From Candidatus Roizmanbacteria bacterium CG_4_10_14_0_8_um_filter_39_9 (GTDB lineage: Bacteria > Patescibacteriota > Microgenomatia > UBA1406 > GWC2-37-13): a DNA stretch of 40,853 nucleotides. The position numbers were made by a program, and so were the translations under genes. The notes under the pieces are model-generated. The model made no database searches. It saw nothing but the letters and a program-made list of their open reading frames with translations, and was not told the DNA's origin. The stretch spans positions 1-40,853 of the forward strand of contig PFLF01000043.1 in the NCBI GenBank assembly GCA_002784505.1, read 5' to 3'. Below, piece by piece: positions 1 through 9,589 of this stretch. Each line of letters opens with the position of its first letter. Position 1 is the first letter of the stretch.

Positions 1-592
1 AATATTTTCTATACAGTCGAAACCATTTGAAGTGCCCGCGTCCCTTCCGGTAATTTATATTACCGGCGGATCACTGGGTTCACACAGCATCAATGATAAA
101 ATCTTTGATCTCATTCCCGATCTGACGACTCGCTTTGTGGTAATTCATCAGGTGGGAGACGTCAAAGAATATGGCGATTATCAAAAGGCATATCGTATCA
201 AAAAAAAGATATCATCCGATCTTATGCATCGGTATATTCCAGTGAAGCATTTCTTTGATGCGGAGATAGGATATGTATATTCGGTTGCGGATTTTGTTAT
301 AGGACGCGCTGGGGCAAATACCTTTTTTGAGTTACTTTACCTTCGCAAACCAGCCATTCTCATTCCTCTTCCTTGGTCAGCGAACAAAGAGCAACAAAGG
401 CATGCTGCATTATTTGAATCGTTGCAGTTAGGGCGGACATTTGAACAAAAACAGGCAAATTCAGAGCTTCTTTCTCTTATCTATGAAATGGCAAAATCCC
501 TATCCTATTATAAAAAGAATTTTTCAAAAATTCCGTTTCAATTAAAACAAAATGCCGCACAGGTCATCGTTAAAACAATCGTTGATGCATAA
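1..592 (+). CDS. murG: MurG (lipid I GlcNAc transferase, GT28), C-terminal part; the 5' end lies outside the window
   Basis: The frame is open from nt 2, and the 'M' at 32 is an internal GTG. 'ITGGSLGSHSIN' and 'GRAGANTFFELLYLRKPAILIPLP' match the MurG C-terminal nucleotide-sugar domain. ftsQ-ftsA-ftsZ follow, as in dcw clusters. Confidence 0.8.
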   Translation, partial: IFSIQSKPFEVPASLPVIYITGGSLGSHSINDKIFDLIPDLTTRFVVIHQVGDVKEYGDYQKAYRIKKKISSDLMHRYIPVKHFFDAEIGYVYSVADFVIGRAGANTFFELLYLRKPAILIPLPWSANKEQQRHAALFESLQLGRTFEQKQANSELLSLIYEMAKSLSYYKKNFSKIPFQLKQNAAQVIVKTIVDA

Positions 593-1277
593 TATCAAGT
601 ACCTGCTGACATTTGTTTTTGTCATCGGCTTACTAATTCTTTGTATGCGGGCGGTTGATGATGCAACACGAATAACATCAATCGAAATAATCGGGAATAC
701 CCAGAAGGATTTATACGGCCTTCAGGCTTACAATGGACGCTCAATACTTTTTACTTCTGAAAATGAGATCGCTTCGCATCTACTTCGACAAAATGTATGG
801 TGGAGTGCAGTTACAGTACAAAAAAAGTATCCAAATCGTCTTGCTGTTTTTGTCATCATGACTATACCGACAGCATATCTCTTTCAGGACAAGCGATATT
901 TTTTGCTTTCTGAATCAGGGAGAGTTCTTCAAAAGGAAGCTTCCAAAAGCTATTCCCTTCCTACAATAAAATATTATGAAACCATTTCCTCACTTCTTCA
1001 AGGAGTCGGGGAGATCATTGATCTAAAAGACATAACAAAATCCTTGATGTTGATTAGAGGAGTAAGAAATATTGGATTGTCTCCTGATTCAGTTGATATT
1101 AACAGTCGCGATATGGTAGCATTACAAATAGGATCAAAACAAATAGAATTTTCGATTGAAAAAGCGGGAGAAATCCAGTTGTACCAACTGGAACGTATTG
1201 TGAGACAGTTTAAAATCGAAGGAAAAACATATAAGCGCATAGATTTACGTTTTGATAGACCGATAGTTGAGTTTTAA
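585..1277 (+). CDS. ftsQ: FtsQ/DivIB-like cell division protein (N-terminal TM plus POTRA)
   Basis: TM 'YLLTFVFVIGLLILCM' is followed by a POTRA-like 'ITSIEIIGNTQ...YPNRLAVFV'. The gene sits between murG and ftsA. The ATG at 585 overlaps the murG stop (ATGCATAA); the track's alternative start is 552. Confidence 0.6.
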   Translation: MHNIKYLLTFVFVIGLLILCMRAVDDATRITSIEIIGNTQKDLYGLQAYNGRSILFTSENEIASHLLRQNVWWSAVTVQKKYPNRLAVFVIMTIPTAYLFQDKRYFLLSESGRVLQKEASKSYSLPTIKYYETISSLLQGVGEIIDLKDITKSLMLIRGVRNIGLSPDSVDINSRDMVALQIGSKQIEFSIEKAGEIQLYQLERIVRQFKIEGKTYKRIDLRFDRPIVEF

Positions 1278-1289
1278 ACTTAAGATCAT

Positions 1290-2561
1290 ATGGCTGATTC
1301 AATTATTTCTGCAATCGATATAGGAAGCTCGAAAATTGCGACTATCATCGGAATCGAGTCAAAAGACACAGATGAACTTCGCATAATTGGGTTCAATTCT
1401 ACATCATCTCGTGGGGTTAAAAAAGGGTTGGTGGTAGATATTGACAAGGTAACCTCTGCCCTTGAGGAAAGTATTGAAAAAGCCGAGCGCATGGCAGGAC
1501 AAAAAGTTCATAGCGCTATTGTTTCCGTTGGTGGACCGCACATATCATCTCTTAACTCAAGAGGAGTTGTGGCAGTTGCGGATAGTCAAGGAGAAATTAG
1601 CGATACAGATATTAACCGTGTAGTTGAAGCGGCCCGTGCAATCTCACTTTCAACAACCCGTCAAATAATTGAAGTTTCACCAAGAGATTTTATTGTTGAT
1701 GGACAGGAGGGAATAAAAAATCCAATCGGCATGAGCGGAGTTCGTCTTGAAGTTGATACTCACCTTATTACCGCCTCCCACACTAACTTAAAAAATATTG
1801 ACCGTTGCATGGAAAATGTCGGGGTACAAAATGATGGATTTATTTTTTCAGGATTGGCATCTGCCGAGGCGGTGTTGACTGACACGGAAAAAGAACTGGG
1901 AGTTGTAGTGGTTGATATTGGAGGCGGAAAAACGGATATTGCTCTGTATGTGGATGGATCACTTTCCTATTCGTCCTCAATCCCAATCGGCGCAAAACAC
2001 ATTACAAATGATATTGCGGTCGGACTTCGCGTATCACTTGACTCAGCTGAGAAAATCAAACTCTATTTGAGTAAAAAACTTGATCATCGTCAGGATAAAA
2101 CAAAACGGAAGATAGAAGAGCTAAACATACTTGACCTTCAACTTCCTGAGGTAGTTGATCAATTTGATGTAAAGCTTCTCATTGATGGAATCATTGGGCC
2201 CCGACTTGAAGAACTTTTTAAATTTGTTAGCGATGAAATAGTGAAAAGCAACTATATGGAGCATATCCCTTCCGGGTTGGTAATTACCGGAGGGGGGGCG
2301 CTGACTGTCGGAGTTGTTGAGATGGGGCGAAAAATAGTGGGGCTTCCCATACGAGTGGGAGTGCCCAGCCGCGTTACCGGACTGGTTGATGAAGTATTGG
2401 ACCCGCAGTATGCATCTACAGTGGGATTGATTTTATATGGAAGAAAAAATATAATGAGCAAGGAGGAAGGATTTAAGAACTTTAACAAGATACTCAAAGA
2501 TTTTTCAGTAGGACAGTCGGTCGACAAAGTAAAAGATTTTTTCAAACAATTTATTCCCTAA
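1290..2561 (+). CDS. ftsA: Cell division protein FtsA (actin-like ATPase)
   Basis: '[15 protein letters not shown]', '[15 protein letters not shown]' and '[13 protein letters not shown]' are the actin-fold phosphate and adenosine motifs. The gene is immediately upstream of ftsZ. Confidence 0.9.
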   Translation: MADSIISAIDIGSSKIATIIGIESKDTDELRIIGFNSTSSRGVKKGLVVDIDKVTSALEESIEKAERMAGQKVHSAIVSVGGPHISSLNSRGVVAVADSQGEISDTDINRVVEAARAISLSTTRQIIEVSPRDFIVDGQEGIKNPIGMSGVRLEVDTHLITASHTNLKNIDRCMENVGVQNDGFIFSGLASAEAVLTDTEKELGVVVVDIGGGKTDIALYVDGSLSYSSSIPIGAKHITNDIAVGLRVSLDSAEKIKLYLSKKLDHRQDKTKRKIEELNILDLQLPEVVDQFDVKLLIDGIIGPRLEELFKFVSDEIVKSNYMEHIPSGLVITGGGALTVGVVEMGRKIVGLPIRVGVPSRVTGLVDEVLDPQYASTVGLILYGRKNIMSKEEGFKNFNKILKDFSVGQSVDKVKDFFKQFIP

Positions 2562-2568
2562 CACACCT

Positions 2569-3711
2569 ATGTTTATCAAACCAAGCGCTGGGCAAGCTGC
2601 AAAAATAAAAGTAATCGGTGTTGGAGGTGGAGGGGGAAACGCATTGTCTTCAATGATTGCCGAGGGAGGAATAGCAGGGGTCGAGTTTATTGCAGTAAAT
2701 ACTGATGCGCAGGCGCTTCTAAATAACAAAGCGGCAGTAAAAATTCAGATAGGTGAAAATTTAACTAAAGGGTTGGGGTCGGGAGGGGATCCCGAGGTGG
2801 GTAGACAAGCTGCTGAGGAATCACGAGAGCAGTTGAAAGAAGAGTTGGCAGGTGCCGATATGGTGTTTATCACGGCGGGAGAAGGCGGTGGGACGGGGAC
2901 AGGAGCGGCTCCTCTTATTGCTGAAATTGCCAAAGAATCAGGGGCTCTCACGGTTGCGGTCATCACAAAGCCTTTTGATTTCGAAGGTACAAAACGGAAA
3001 ATTACTGCTGATGACGGAGCAATGAAACTCCGTGACAAAGTCGACACTCTTATTATTGTTCCCAATCAACGGATTTTGCAGGTAGTTGACCGCAAGACTC
3101 CCATTCTTGATGCTTTTAAGAAGATTGACTCCGTTCTTCATCAGGGAGTAAAAGGAATTGCAGAGCTTATTACGGTTCCCGGACTTATTAACGTGGACTT
3201 TGCTGACGTTCGGACGATCATGAGTAATGCGGGGACCGCCATTATGGGAATTGGAACGGGAAGCGGAGATAAACGGGCACTTGCTGCAATAAAGATGGCA
3301 ATTTCATCGCCACTTCTTGACTCTTCAATTGAGGGTGCACGAGGCGTACTGTTCAATATTGTGGGAGGCGCCGACATGACAATGAATGAAATCGATGAGG
3401 CCGCCTCAATCATTACAAAAACAGTAGACCCTGACGCAGACATCATATTCGGTGCCGTAATTGATGACAAAATGGTTGACACCGTAAAAATTACCCTTAT
3501 TGCGACTAAATTTGATGATCAACGGGTAAAACTTTTCAGGTATAAGAAAGAAAACTCACTTTCTGAATTGACAAAAAAAGAGGAGGACACCAAGGCTGAA
3601 GATGACCTAGAGCTACGTGAACCAACCGAAAAAACAGCAATTCCGGAAGATGAAGATCTTCTTGAGGAAAACGATGCATTCGATGTTCCTGCATTTTTAA
3701 GGAAAAAATAA
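2569..3711 (+). CDS. ftsZ: Cell division GTPase FtsZ
   Basis: The tubulin signature '[10 protein letters not shown]', '[13 protein letters not shown]' and 'NTDAQAL' are present, along with an acidic linker and the C-terminal peptide 'DVPAFLRKK'. Confidence 0.97.
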   Translation: MFIKPSAGQAAKIKVIGVGGGGGNALSSMIAEGGIAGVEFIAVNTDAQALLNNKAAVKIQIGENLTKGLGSGGDPEVGRQAAEESREQLKEELAGADMVFITAGEGGGTGTGAAPLIAEIAKESGALTVAVITKPFDFEGTKRKITADDGAMKLRDKVDTLIIVPNQRILQVVDRKTPILDAFKKIDSVLHQGVKGIAELITVPGLINVDFADVRTIMSNAGTAIMGIGTGSGDKRALAAIKMAISSPLLDSSIEGARGVLFNIVGGADMTMNEIDEAASIITKTVDPDADIIFGAVIDDKMVDTVKITLIATKFDDQRVKLFRYKKENSLSELTKKEEDTKAEDDLELREPTEKTAIPEDEDLLEENDAFDVPAFLRKK

Positions 3712-3724
3712 TATAATATTCCTC

Positions 3725-6706
3725 ATGTTTAAGCCAACACCGGTCGATCCAAATTTTCCAGAACTAGAAAAGCAACTACTGGATCATTGGTATAAGGATG
3801 GGGTAGTTGATCAATATCTTCACAAAAATGATGGCGAAAAGAAAACCTTTTCATTTCTTGATGGTCCCATTACGGCGAACAACCCAATGGGAGCACACCA
3901 TGCCTGGGGACGGACATACAAGGATTTATGGCCGCGATTTTATAATCTTTTAGGATATCGACAACGGTTTCAGAATGGGTTTGACTGCCAGGGTCTTTGG
4001 GTTGAGGTTGAAGTGGAAAAAGAATTAAAGCTCCATACGAAAAAAGATATTGAAAATCTTATTCCCGGGGATACGAAAGCGTCAATTGCAAAATTTGTTC
4101 AACTGTGCAAAGAGCGCGTGAAAAAATTTTCAGATATTCAGACCGAACAGTCAAAACGTTTAGGGTATTTTGCCGACTGGGAGCACTCTTACTTTACCAT
4201 GAGTGAACAGAATAATTTTATGATCTGGTATTTCTTAAAGACCTGTCATGAAAACGGTTGGATATATAAGGGCCACGAGTCGGTTCCCTGGTGTCCCCGT
4301 TGTCAGACCGCTATTTCCCAGCATGAAATGCTCACCGAAGATTATAAAGAAGTGGTTCACGAATCGGTATACGTGGAGTTTCCGATTGTGGGGAGAAAAG
4401 ATGAGTATTTATTGGTCTGGACTACAACTCCTTGGACTATTGTTGCGAATATTGCTGTTGCTGTTGACAACAATATAGAGTATTCGCTCGTGCAAGGGTT
4501 AACCGGATTATTTTTTTGGATTGCAAAAGACCTGATAGAGACCGTATTTAAAACTGAATACAAAAAAATTGTTAAAACCGTTTTAGGAAAAGAACTGGTT
4601 GGGCTTATGTATGAAGGGCCGTTTGATCATCTTCCCGCTGTGGCTGACGTAAAAAAAGCTTGTCCCAAAACATTTCATACCGTTGTTGCAACGGATCCCC
4701 TCATCATGCCCATCTCAACCACTGAAGGAACCGGCATGGTTCATACCGCAGTCTCTGCAGGTACGGAGGATTTTATGTTAGGTAAAAAATTAGGGCTTCC
4801 TATGATCCCGGTCATCGCAGATGATGCAAGCTACCTTCCCGGTTTTGCAGAGTTTAGCGGGAAAAATGCCAAGAAACATCCTGAGCTGATAATTGATTTT
4901 CTCAAAGGTCACAAGGGTGGGAAATTTCTATTCGAAACTCTGCAGTATAAACATCGTTATCCTGCCTGTTGGCGTTGTAAGGCAGAATTAGTGTGGAAAG
5001 TGGCAGACGAGTGGTACATAGCGATGGATTTGAAACCGAAGATGGATGGTGGAAGATCGAAGATGGAAAGTCAAACCCTGAGAGAGAGAATGATTGGGGT
5101 TGCAAAAAAAATAAAATGGATGCCGGAGTTTGGCTTGGACCGTGAACTTGACTGGCTGAAAAACATGCACGATTGGCTCATCTCAAAAAAGAATCGGTAT
5201 TGGGGGCTTGCACTTCCCATTTATGAGTGTAAAAAATGCAACACTTTTGAAGTAATAGGTTCGAAGGAAGAACTGAAATCGAAGGCGGTTGCCGGTTGGA
5301 ATTCTTTTGAAGGGCATACTCCCCACAAACCGTTTATTGATAGCGTAACAATACGGTGTAGCAGATGTGAAAATGAGATTTTACGCATTGATGATGTGGG
5401 TAATCCATGGCTCGATGCAGGCATCGTTCCATATTCGACTATCATGAAGGGCAATCAGGGGCAGCCACTATATCTTACCGATAAAGCAAAATGGAAAGAA
5501 TGGTTTTCCGCAGATTTTATTACGGAGTCTTTCCCCGGTCAGTTTAAAAACTGGTTCTACGCAATGATTGCAATGTCTGCAGCGCTTGAAAACACTCCTC
5601 CCTATAAGCGGGTACTGGGATATGCAACAATGTTAGGGGAAGATGGCAGGCCGATGCATAAAAGCTGGGGGAATTCGATTGAATTTAATGAGGGGGCCGA
5701 CAAAATCGGTGCCGATGTCATGAGATGGATGTTTGCCAGACAAAACACAGCCGATAACATGCTTTTTGGATATAAAAAAGCCGATGAAGTTCGTCGTCAA
5801 TTTTATCTTATGTTGTGGAATATCTATAAATTTTTTGTTGACTACGCAAATCTCGAAAAAATTGATATTAATAAAATTAAGACTCATAAAACAGGATCAA
5901 AAAACATTCTTGATATGTGGATTTTGGCTCGACTTACCCAGCTTGCACATACTTGTGAGAAACATCTTCGTGCATATGATGCAAAATTAGCAGCAGCCGA
6001 AATTGAAAAGTTTGTTTCCGATGTTTCCACCTGGTATATTAGACGAAGTCGCGATAGAATCTGGGTAAATAGTGACGACACCAATGACAAGGAATATTTT
6101 TATGTTACGCTTCACACTGTTTTGACAAATCTATCTATTCTTATTTCTCCGTTTATGCCGTTTATTAGTGAAATAATATATACAAATTTAACAGATGAAA
6201 AGTCAGTGCACCTGAGTTCTTGGCCAAAATTTGAAGCTGTCTCTCCCATTCAAGAAAAGATAATTACGGATATGGACCTCATAAGATTGATTGTTGAGTC
6301 CGGCCAAAGAGCGCGGAAAGAAGCCAAGTTGAAGATCAGGCAGCCCCTTCTTTCAGTTGACATCTCTTTACCAAAAACAAAAAGTTTCCAGGTAAAAGAA
6401 TTTGAAATGGAGTATACCCGACTCCTTCGGGAAGAACTCAATGTCAAGAGTGTTATGTATAAGGAAACGAAAGATGAAATAGTCGGTTGCGTATATGATA
6501 CAACGCTAACGCGCGAACTTGAGCATGAAGGAAAATTAAGAGATCTTATTCGACAGATCCAAGGACTCCGTAAGGAAAAGGGGACCCGTCCAGATGAGCA
6601 TATATCTTTACAGGTACCGATTGAATTTTCACCGCACGAAGAGTATCTTAAAAAAAGAGTATTGGCTCGAGAAATCGAGTTTGCGGGGGAACTCAGTATT
6701 AAGTAA
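3725..6706 (+). CDS. ileS: Isoleucyl-tRNA synthetase (type-2-like class Ia aaRS)
   Basis: 'FSFLDGPITANNPMGAHHAWGRTYKDLWPRF...GFDCQGLWVEVEVEKEL' resembles the type-2 IleRS HIGH region. 'WCPRCQTAIS' marks the editing/CP1 entry. There is a KMSKS-like 'GRPMHKSWGNSI' and a Zn-ribbon-like 'CKKC...CSRC'. Confidence 0.85.
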   Translation: MFKPTPVDPNFPELEKQLLDHWYKDGVVDQYLHKNDGEKKTFSFLDGPITANNPMGAHHAWGRTYKDLWPRFYNLLGYRQRFQNGFDCQGLWVEVEVEKELKLHTKKDIENLIPGDTKASIAKFVQLCKERVKKFSDIQTEQSKRLGYFADWEHSYFTMSEQNNFMIWYFLKTCHENGWIYKGHESVPWCPRCQTAISQHEMLTEDYKEVVHESVYVEFPIVGRKDEYLLVWTTTPWTIVANIAVAVDNNIEYSLVQGLTGLFFWIAKDLIETVFKTEYKKIVKTVLGKELVGLMYEGPFDHLPAVADVKKACPKTFHTVVATDPLIMPISTTEGTGMVHTAVSAGTEDFMLGKKLGLPMIPVIADDASYLPGFAEFSGKNAKKHPELIIDFLKGHKGGKFLFETLQYKHRYPACWRCKAELVWKVADEWYIAMDLKPKMDGGRSKMESQTLRERMIGVAKKIKWMPEFGLDRELDWLKNMHDWLISKKNRYWGLALPIYECKKCNTFEVIGSKEELKSKAVAGWNSFEGHTPHKPFIDSVTIRCSRCENEILRIDDVGNPWLDAGIVPYSTIMKGNQGQPLYLTDKAKWKEWFSADFITESFPGQFKNWFYAMIAMSAALENTPPYKRVLGYATMLGEDGRPMHKSWGNSIEFNEGADKIGADVMRWMFARQNTADNMLFGYKKADEVRRQFYLMLWNIYKFFVDYANLEKIDINKIKTHKTGSKNILDMWILARLTQLAHTCEKHLRAYDAKLAAAEIEKFVSDVSTWYIRRSRDRIWVNSDDTNDKEYFYVTLHTVLTNLSILISPFMPFISEIIYTNLTDEKSVHLSSWPKFEAVSPIQEKIITDMDLIRLIVESGQRARKEAKLKIRQPLLSVDISLPKTKSFQVKEFEMEYTRLLREELNVKSVMYKETKDEIVGCVYDTTLTRELEHEGKLRDLIRQIQGLRKEKGTRPDEHISLQVPIEFSPHEEYLKKRVLAREIEFAGELSIK

Positions 6707-6711
6707 CGCTT

Positions 6712-7746
6712 ATGTTTTACACCCTACTTCTTTCCTTATTCATTTTTTTATTTGGTTTTTTTAATCTTTTTGGCATAAAACAGTCACTCGGAATAACAAT
6801 GCTTTTAAACTTCATTGTTGCGATTGTCGCCTACTTTGTCGTAAAGAAAATCGGGTGGAAGTTTTTTCGGACTAATGCTCATTTTTTTTATTGGCTGTTT
6901 GTTTTTCTCCTGATTTTGACCTATATCATCGGACTTGAAGTGAAAGGATCAAGGCGATGGATCGACCTATTATTTTTTAGATTTCAGGCATCAGAGTTCT
7001 TCAAAGTATTTTTTATTCTATTCATGGCCGATTTTTTTGCTCGTGTTTCACGGACCAGATGGAACGTAATTTCATTTATTCAGTCCTTATTGTATTTCTT
7101 TATTCCGGCAGCAATCGTCTTCAAACAACCTGATTTAGGAAATGCGATGGTCTATTTTTTCTTATTTATTGTTATGTTATTTTTTTCACATATTCCCAAA
7201 AAATTCCTCGGATACATGATTGGCGCCGGAGCACTATTTACCCCATTAGCATGTTTTTTTCTTAAGGAATATCAGAAAAACCGGATCTTAAGTTTTATCA
7301 TGCCGCATGTTGAAACACAGACAAATGCTTATAACATGATCCAGGCAATCATCACTATAGGATCCGGTAATATGTTTGGAAGAGGGTTAGGCCTTGGCAC
7401 ACAGTCGCGTTTCTATTTTTTGCCCGAAAATAGCACTGATTTTGCCTTTTCTTCGCTTGTTGAGCAGTTTGGATTTTTAGGAGGGGCTGCCGTATTGATT
7501 TTTTACGGAATTTTGCTTATTATTTTGATTAAACGAACTTACAAATTTGTATATACCGACAATGAAGATGGACACTTTGCGTTTCTCTATCTCATTGGGC
7601 TCATCGCTTTTATCTTTTTTCAGTCGTTTGTAAACATTGGTATGAATATGGGAGTTCTCCCCATTGCCGGTATCGCACTCCCCTTCATTTCGTACGGTGG
7701 ATCGATGCTTGTATCGCTTCTTATAGGCTTTGCACTGATTCCGTAA
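6712..7746 (+). CDS. ftsW: SEDS-family peptidoglycan polymerase (FtsW/RodA/SpoVE)
   Basis: The protein is multi-TM. 'GSRRWIDL..FRFQASEFFK', 'LPENSTDFAFS' and 'GVLPIAGIALPFISYGGS' are SEDS hallmarks. FtsW and RodA cannot be told apart from sequence alone. Confidence 0.85.
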   Translation: MFYTLLLSLFIFLFGFFNLFGIKQSLGITMLLNFIVAIVAYFVVKKIGWKFFRTNAHFFYWLFVFLLILTYIIGLEVKGSRRWIDLLFFRFQASEFFKVFFILFMADFFARVSRTRWNVISFIQSLLYFFIPAAIVFKQPDLGNAMVYFFLFIVMLFFSHIPKKFLGYMIGAGALFTPLACFFLKEYQKNRILSFIMPHVETQTNAYNMIQAIITIGSGNMFGRGLGLGTQSRFYFLPENSTDFAFSSLVEQFGFLGGAAVLIFYGILLIILIKRTYKFVYTDNEDGHFAFLYLIGLIAFIFFQSFVNIGMNMGVLPIAGIALPFISYGGSMLVSLLIGFALIP

Positions 7747-7803
7747 TCTTCAGCATAGGTTGACAAATTACTATCAATGCGGCACAATAGTTAAAGTACG
7801 TAT

Positions 7804-8346
7804 ATGAACAACACTTATTGTATTGATAAACGGATCTTTATGTTGCTTGCATTTGCCGTCCCCATTGTAATCGTTTTATTCGGCTCACTTATTTTTAATG
7901 CACAGAAAATATCTTCTGATAGTAGGGCATCGAGCGAAATAGATTCCCAGATAACCCCCCTCGTTAAACAGTCTCCATGTGATGTAGCCGCCTGTCCGGA
8001 TAATGGATGGTGTACTAATGTGCTGGGGAAGCCTATTTGCGGTGATAAACCTGTCGCAAAAGTGCTGATATTTAATGCGAGTGGAGGAAGTATTAATGGC
8101 TCTTTCCAATCAAATACACTTTATAAAGTGGGTTTAGAATTTAACGCATATGGTGGTGAAAAAACGATTATTGTGCATTGTGGGGTAAATGATATTCAAA
8201 TTGATCCGATGGATCCGTCAAGAACGGTTATGTGCCAAACGGGCAATACCCCAAACATAAGCGTAACATATAAATGGATCGAGCCGAGTTATCCAACCGC
8301 GGGAGAACCCCGAGTGCTAAACGAGACAATCACCTATGAACAATAA
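7804..8346 (+). CDS. Hypothetical membrane-anchored or secreted protein
   Basis: The ORF is 180 aa with an N-terminal TM 'IFMLLAFAVPIVIVLFGSLIF' and a Cys-containing ectodomain 'CDVAACPDNGWCTNVLGKPICG'. I recognise no family. Confidence 0.5.
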   Translation: MNNTYCIDKRIFMLLAFAVPIVIVLFGSLIFNAQKISSDSRASSEIDSQITPLVKQSPCDVAACPDNGWCTNVLGKPICGDKPVAKVLIFNASGGSINGSFQSNTLYKVGLEFNAYGGEKTIIVHCGVNDIQIDPMDPSRTVMCQTGNTPNISVTYKWIEPSYPTAGEPRVLNETITYEQ

Positions 8347-8941
8347 TATTATTTCCAGCTCTAAACTCTGTATTTCCAAAAGAAACCTTGTCATAGGAGT
8401 AATGGTTTTTATCGGAGCGGTGGTGATTTTTTTCACCAACTATATAAATTCCAAAAAAGTAAATACTAATAGTCGGGCCAAAGGCGTTGCTCCAACATCG
8501 ATATTGACAACTGTCACGCCAAACCCTTTTCTTGAGCCAACCATTGCATTTGGAGAGGCGCGTGATATAAAATGCCTGAACGAAAGATTGGTCCAAAACA
8601 ATACCAAAGTTGGGCTATATTTCAATGATTCAAAAAATGTGAACAATATTCAAGATTTGATGCCGACCCCGAGCATTATGATCTATGTGTACGAATATGA
8701 TGTGCAATCTGGAAAACACACCGCATTGAGCAAGCGACATCCGGAAGAGATTGACACAAACACGAAGCAAGTCCTCACGATTGATAAATCTAAATATGTT
8801 CCCGGGAACAGGTATTATTTTAGTCAAATTATAAAGTCACCCATTACATCTCAACCAACATCTAATAATGAACAAACCTTAAATCAAGTGCTTCCGACAT
8901 CAAAACGAGAATTGCTTAATAGGTGCCAAAAAGTAGATTAA
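8336..8941 (+). CDS. Hypothetical membrane-anchored protein
   Basis: The ORF is 201 aa. Its start overlaps the upstream stop (ATGAACAATAA). The N-terminal TM is 'LVIGVMVFIGAVVIFF'. I recognise no family. Confidence 0.5.
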   Translation: MNNNIISSSKLCISKRNLVIGVMVFIGAVVIFFTNYINSKKVNTNSRAKGVAPTSILTTVTPNPFLEPTIAFGEARDIKCLNERLVQNNTKVGLYFNDSKNVNNIQDLMPTPSIMIYVYEYDVQSGKHTALSKRHPEEIDTNTKQVLTIDKSKYVPGNRYYFSQIIKSPITSQPTSNNEQTLNQVLPTSKRELLNRCQKVD

Positions 8942-8966
8942 TTACTCACAAGCTCGATATTAAGTC

Positions 8967-8995
8967 TTGAATTTGAGGGGTTTATCGTATATACT
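8967..8995 (+). promoter_or_regulatory. Candidate sigma70-type promoter for rplU-rpmA
   Basis: TTGAAT (8967-8972), a 17-nt spacer and TATACT (8990-8995). The predicted TSS falls within a few nt of the ATG at 9004, which suggests little or no leader. Confidence 0.4.
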
Positions 8996-9003
8996 TGAAG
9001 CTT

Positions 9004-9312
9004 ATGACAAAATTTTCGGTTGTTAAAACAGGAGGGAAGCAGTATATTGTAAAGCCAGAAGATATACTTGTGGTCGACCGTATGCCCCAAAAAGAGAATG
9101 AAGTTATTGAACTTGAGACCTTGGCAACATTTGATGAAGAGGGGAAAGATGTTGAGCTTGGTGCACCCTTTCTTGCAGTAAAGACAAAGGCAACGGTGCT
9201 TGAGCACATGAAAGGTGAAAAGCTCAGAATCTCAAAATTCAAGGCTAAAGTACGTTACAGAAGGGTTACTGGATTTCGACCTTATTTGACTAAAATTCAG
9301 ATCGTAAAATAA
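9004..9312 (+). CDS. rplU: 50S ribosomal protein L21
   Basis: 'FSVVKTGGKQYIVKPEDILVVD' is a typical L21 N-terminus, and rpmA follows. The track starts at a TTG (8995); the ATG at 9004 is more likely. Confidence 0.9.
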   Translation: MTKFSVVKTGGKQYIVKPEDILVVDRMPQKENEVIELETLATFDEEGKDVELGAPFLAVKTKATVLEHMKGEKLRISKFKAKVRYRRVTGFRPYLTKIQIVK

Positions 9313-9313
9313 T

Positions 9314-9559
9314 ATGGCACATACAAAAGCCCAAAAGGCAGTAAGTGGCAACCGTGATTCAGCCGCGAAAAAACGGGGCGTTAAGCTTTTTGGAGGGGAA
9401 TCCGTAAATCCCGGAAATATTATCATCAGACAAAAAGGAACAAAGTTTAAGCCCGGTGTAGGGACCATGTTAGGAAATGATTTTACCATCATGGCTACTA
9501 AAAAAGGTACGGTCACCTTCAAAAAAAGGTTGGGTCAGCGTTATGTCTTCGTCAAATAA
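9314..9559 (+). CDS. rpmA: 50S ribosomal protein L27
   Basis: 'MAHTKAQKAVSGNRDSAAKKRGVKLFGGE...GNIIIRQKGTKFKPG' is the L27 signature. There is no N-terminal propeptide. Confidence 0.95.
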   Translation: MAHTKAQKAVSGNRDSAAKKRGVKLFGGESVNPGNIIIRQKGTKFKPGVGTMLGNDFTIMATKKGTVTFKKRLGQRYVFVK

Positions 9560-9573
9560 TTTGACTTTTCGTG

Positions 9574-9582
9574 TGCTACAAT
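9574..9582 (+). promoter_or_regulatory. Extended -10 promoter element (TGcTACAAT)
   Basis: TGCTACAAT ends 8 nt before the A of the ATG at 9590, so the transcript could be leaderless. The same 11-mer, TGTGCTACAAT, recurs at 23028-23038. Confidence 0.4.
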
Positions 9583-9589
9583 AAGATTC

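Noticed and set aside
2745-3482. Antisense ORFs inside ftsZ (106 aa and 113 aa), and similar antisense ORFs in ftsA, ileS and the SipW-fusion gene (for example 16245-16673, 142 aa)
   Set aside because: They lie entirely within strongly supported genes on the opposite strand. They have low-complexity or odd composition and no start context.
5020-5100. Repetitive 'GAAGATGGA' stretch in ileS as a possible insertion element
   Set aside because: It encodes a short charged loop ('KPKMDGGRSKMESQ') within a variable region of IleRS. It has no flanking repeats and no similarity to the other repeat families in the window.
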